From the NCBI RefSeq assembly GCF_009914755.1, contig NC_060948.1: a DNA stretch of 64,000 nt; one strand, 5' to 3'. The DNA comes from the human T2T-CHM13v2.0 reference genome, Homo sapiens. The translations under genes and the position numbers were made by a program. Below the pieces are notes generated by a model. The model worked only from the letters and a program-made list of their open reading frames with translations, was not told the DNA's origin and did no database searches. Of this stretch, positions 60,604-64,000 are shown piece by piece; the first letter of the stretch is position 1, and each line of letters begins with the position of its first letter.

Positions 60604-62710
60604 AGATCCATATTTTGTAAATGAAAAAAAATTTCAAAGTTACTCTGCTTGGTACAATAATCAAATGTATAAACTGAGGAATAAAACATAACCATGAAAC
60701 CTACTTATAACTGCATATGGAAAATACAGAGGATAATTTTTTAAATAACATATTTTGAAAGCCTTAACTAGTAATTTGAAGAGTTGGCATTTGAAAGGCC
60801 AGTATGAATAAACCTTCAAAGCAGCAACACAGGTTCCCCATGAGAAAAAGCAAACACAGGGAAAATAAAAACACAAAGGTTCAATCTCTTCTGACCTTTG
60901 AAAGACACAGCACAGACAGTGGTCCTTAGGACGAAGAGCAGGAGACCCCTAATTCCGTCACCATGGCGATAGGGCATAAACATTGCTGGGTGAGGGCACA
61001 ATCCACATTGTGAGGTCCAACTGCTGCCAGGAAGACAGGAGTGCTTTTACATAGACCGAAAGGTCATTGAAGGCTCAGAGTTTTGTTTCAAGAACTGAAT
61101 CCCAAGCCCACACGTTATTAGGCTGCGCTTCTTAAAACAAGTTATGAGATGGGAAAAAGGGCACCCACAAACATACGTATACATTATGTATATAATAATA
61201 TACTGTATCATATATATAATATATATAACCTATGTATAATATTGTTTTACATCCTGCATCTTATGTTATATATATTGTATAAAATATAATAATTGATAAT
61301 ATATAAGTTTTATAATTATACAATATGACATATAGTATATATTATAATTTATGACATATATAATATATGTTATATATCATATATAGAATATATTATACGG
61401 TTAATATACGTATTAAATATAAATTATACCTTATATATATTATATATAATATATCTGTTATATATAATACCCATTATGCATAATATATATATTATGTCTA
61501 TGTTATATATAGTATAAAACAACATATAATAATATATAATTGTATATATAAAATGCGACATATAATATATATTATATTTTATAACATATGTAATATATAT
61601 TATATATTATATATAATACGTTGTATGTATAATACCTATATTAAATATATATTATATGACTATGTTATTAATTACATGTCACATGTGTTATATATTATAT
61701 ATTTTACATAGAATATACCGGTTACGTACAATATATACTATGTTACCTATAATGTATAATTTATTACATGTAAAATAAAGAATGCAATATATTATGTATA
61801 ATTTATAATATACAATATGTGGAATGTGACATATGTAACATATAATATATGATATATGATATACAGTATATGATATATAACATACAATATATGATTCCTA
61901 ATATATATGGTATACAATATATATTTTATGATATGTATTCTATATGTTTTATATTCTGTTATATATAACTATTTGAAATTATATATAACTGTATAATATT
62001 TTATGTAAATATGTAATATAATATATATAACTATATAATATATTATATATAACTATATATTATGTTATATATACTTTTATAACATAATTTACATAAAATA
62101 TCATAATATAATATATATTATATTATTTCATATTACATAATATATATTACATATCACCCAATATAACTAACATACATAATATTATAATATAGATTATATT
62201 ATGTTATATTAAATATCATATATATCATGTATCATATATTCTATAATATATATTACACATTATATAATATGTATGTTGTCTATTATGTGATATATATAAC
62301 TCAATATATAATTATATTTTTATACATATAACTAGATAAACATGTAATTCTACATATTTTCATTTATAATATGTAGAATTATATAATCATATATAATTAT
62401 TTATATTCTATAAAAAATTTTATCATTATATAAATTATAATATATAAAAATTATAATATGTACTACAAATATATATATATTATATATCATATATGATATA
62501 GTACCTTTGTTATATATCATAATACATATAAATGTGTATTATGTTATCTATAATTATATAATTTCATATATAAGATGTATAATATGTATCATATATTATA
62601 TATGTTATGTAATATATATAGTATATATAAGATGACACAGGATAAATATTATATACTATGACATATAAAATATATGAGGTTATATGTTACATATAAGGCA
62701 TAGCACATAA

Positions 62711-63025
<315 letters not shown>

Positions 63026-64000
63026 AGATCCATATTTTGTAAATGAAAAAAAATTTCAAAGGTACTCTGCTTGGTACAATAATCAAATGTATAAACTGAG
63101 GAATAAAACATAACCATGAAACCTACTTATAACTGCATATGGAAAATACAGAGGATAATTTTTTAAATAACATATTTTGAAAGCCTTAACTAGTAATTTG
63201 AAGAGTTGGCATTTGAAAGGCCAGTATGAATAAACCTTCAAAGCAGCAACACAGGTTCCCCATGAGAAAAAGCAAACACAGGGAAAATAAAAACACAAAG
63301 GTTCAATCTCTTCTGACCTTTGAAAGACACAGCACAGACAGTGGTCCTTAGGACGAAGAGCAGGAGACCCCTAATTCCGTCACCATGGCGATAGGGCATA
63401 AACATTGCTGGGTGAGGGCACAATCCACATTGTGAGGTCCAACTGCTGCCAGGAAGACAGGAGTGCTTTTACATAGACCGAAAGGTCATTGAAGGCTCAG
63501 AGTTTTGTTTCAAGAACTGAATCCCAAGCCCACACGTTATTAGGCTGCGCTTCTTAAAACAAGTTATGAGATGGGAAAAAGGGCACCCACAAACATACGT
63601 ATACATTATGTATATAATAATATACTGTATCATATATATAATATATATAACCTATGTATAATATTGTTTTACATCCTGCATCTTATGTTATATATATTGT
63701 ATAAAATATAATAATTGATAATATATAAGTTTTATAATTATACAATATGACATATAGTATATATTATAATTTATGACATATATAATATATGTTATATATC
63801 ATATATAGAATATATTATACGGTTAATATACGTATTAAATATAAATTATACCTTATATATATTATATATAATATATCTGTTATATATAATACCCATTATG
63901 CATAATATATATATTATGTCTATGTTATATATAGTATAAAACAACATATTATAATATATAATTGTATATATAAAATGCGACATATAATATATATTATATT

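Overview
The whole 64-kb window is one uninterrupted, head-to-tail tandem array of a ~2.42-kb unit (about 26.4 copies; spacings 2415-2422 bp). Each unit has three parts: a diverged ~290-bp Alu on the minus strand, a ~570-bp moderately complex segment (HSATI-like), and a ~1.55-kb extremely AT-rich, (TA)-degenerate block. This architecture, plus a predicted ~2.14-kb HaeIII fragment, matches human DYZ2/HSat1B satellite. The source is most likely Yq12 heterochromatin, though acrocentric HSat1B arrays cannot be excluded from sequence alone. I see no credible protein-coding gene, RNA gene, CRISPR array or new biological system, and all ORFs are repeat-derived artefacts. The informative signal is in unit-to-unit variants: a 3-unit (7258-bp) higher-order duplication, long-range block duplications 13 and 18 units apart, two alternating sub-lineages, mosaic units and one unusually diverged unit. 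Units U1-U27 are numbered by the recurring ORF anchor at 171, 2586, 5008, 7426, 9846, 12266, 14686, 17104, 19524, 21944, 24362, 26782, 29202, 31624, 34039, 36459, 38879, 41301, 43723, 46141, 48559, 50977, 53397, 55817, 58239, 60661 and 63083. Variant calls were read by eye and need confirmation by alignment.
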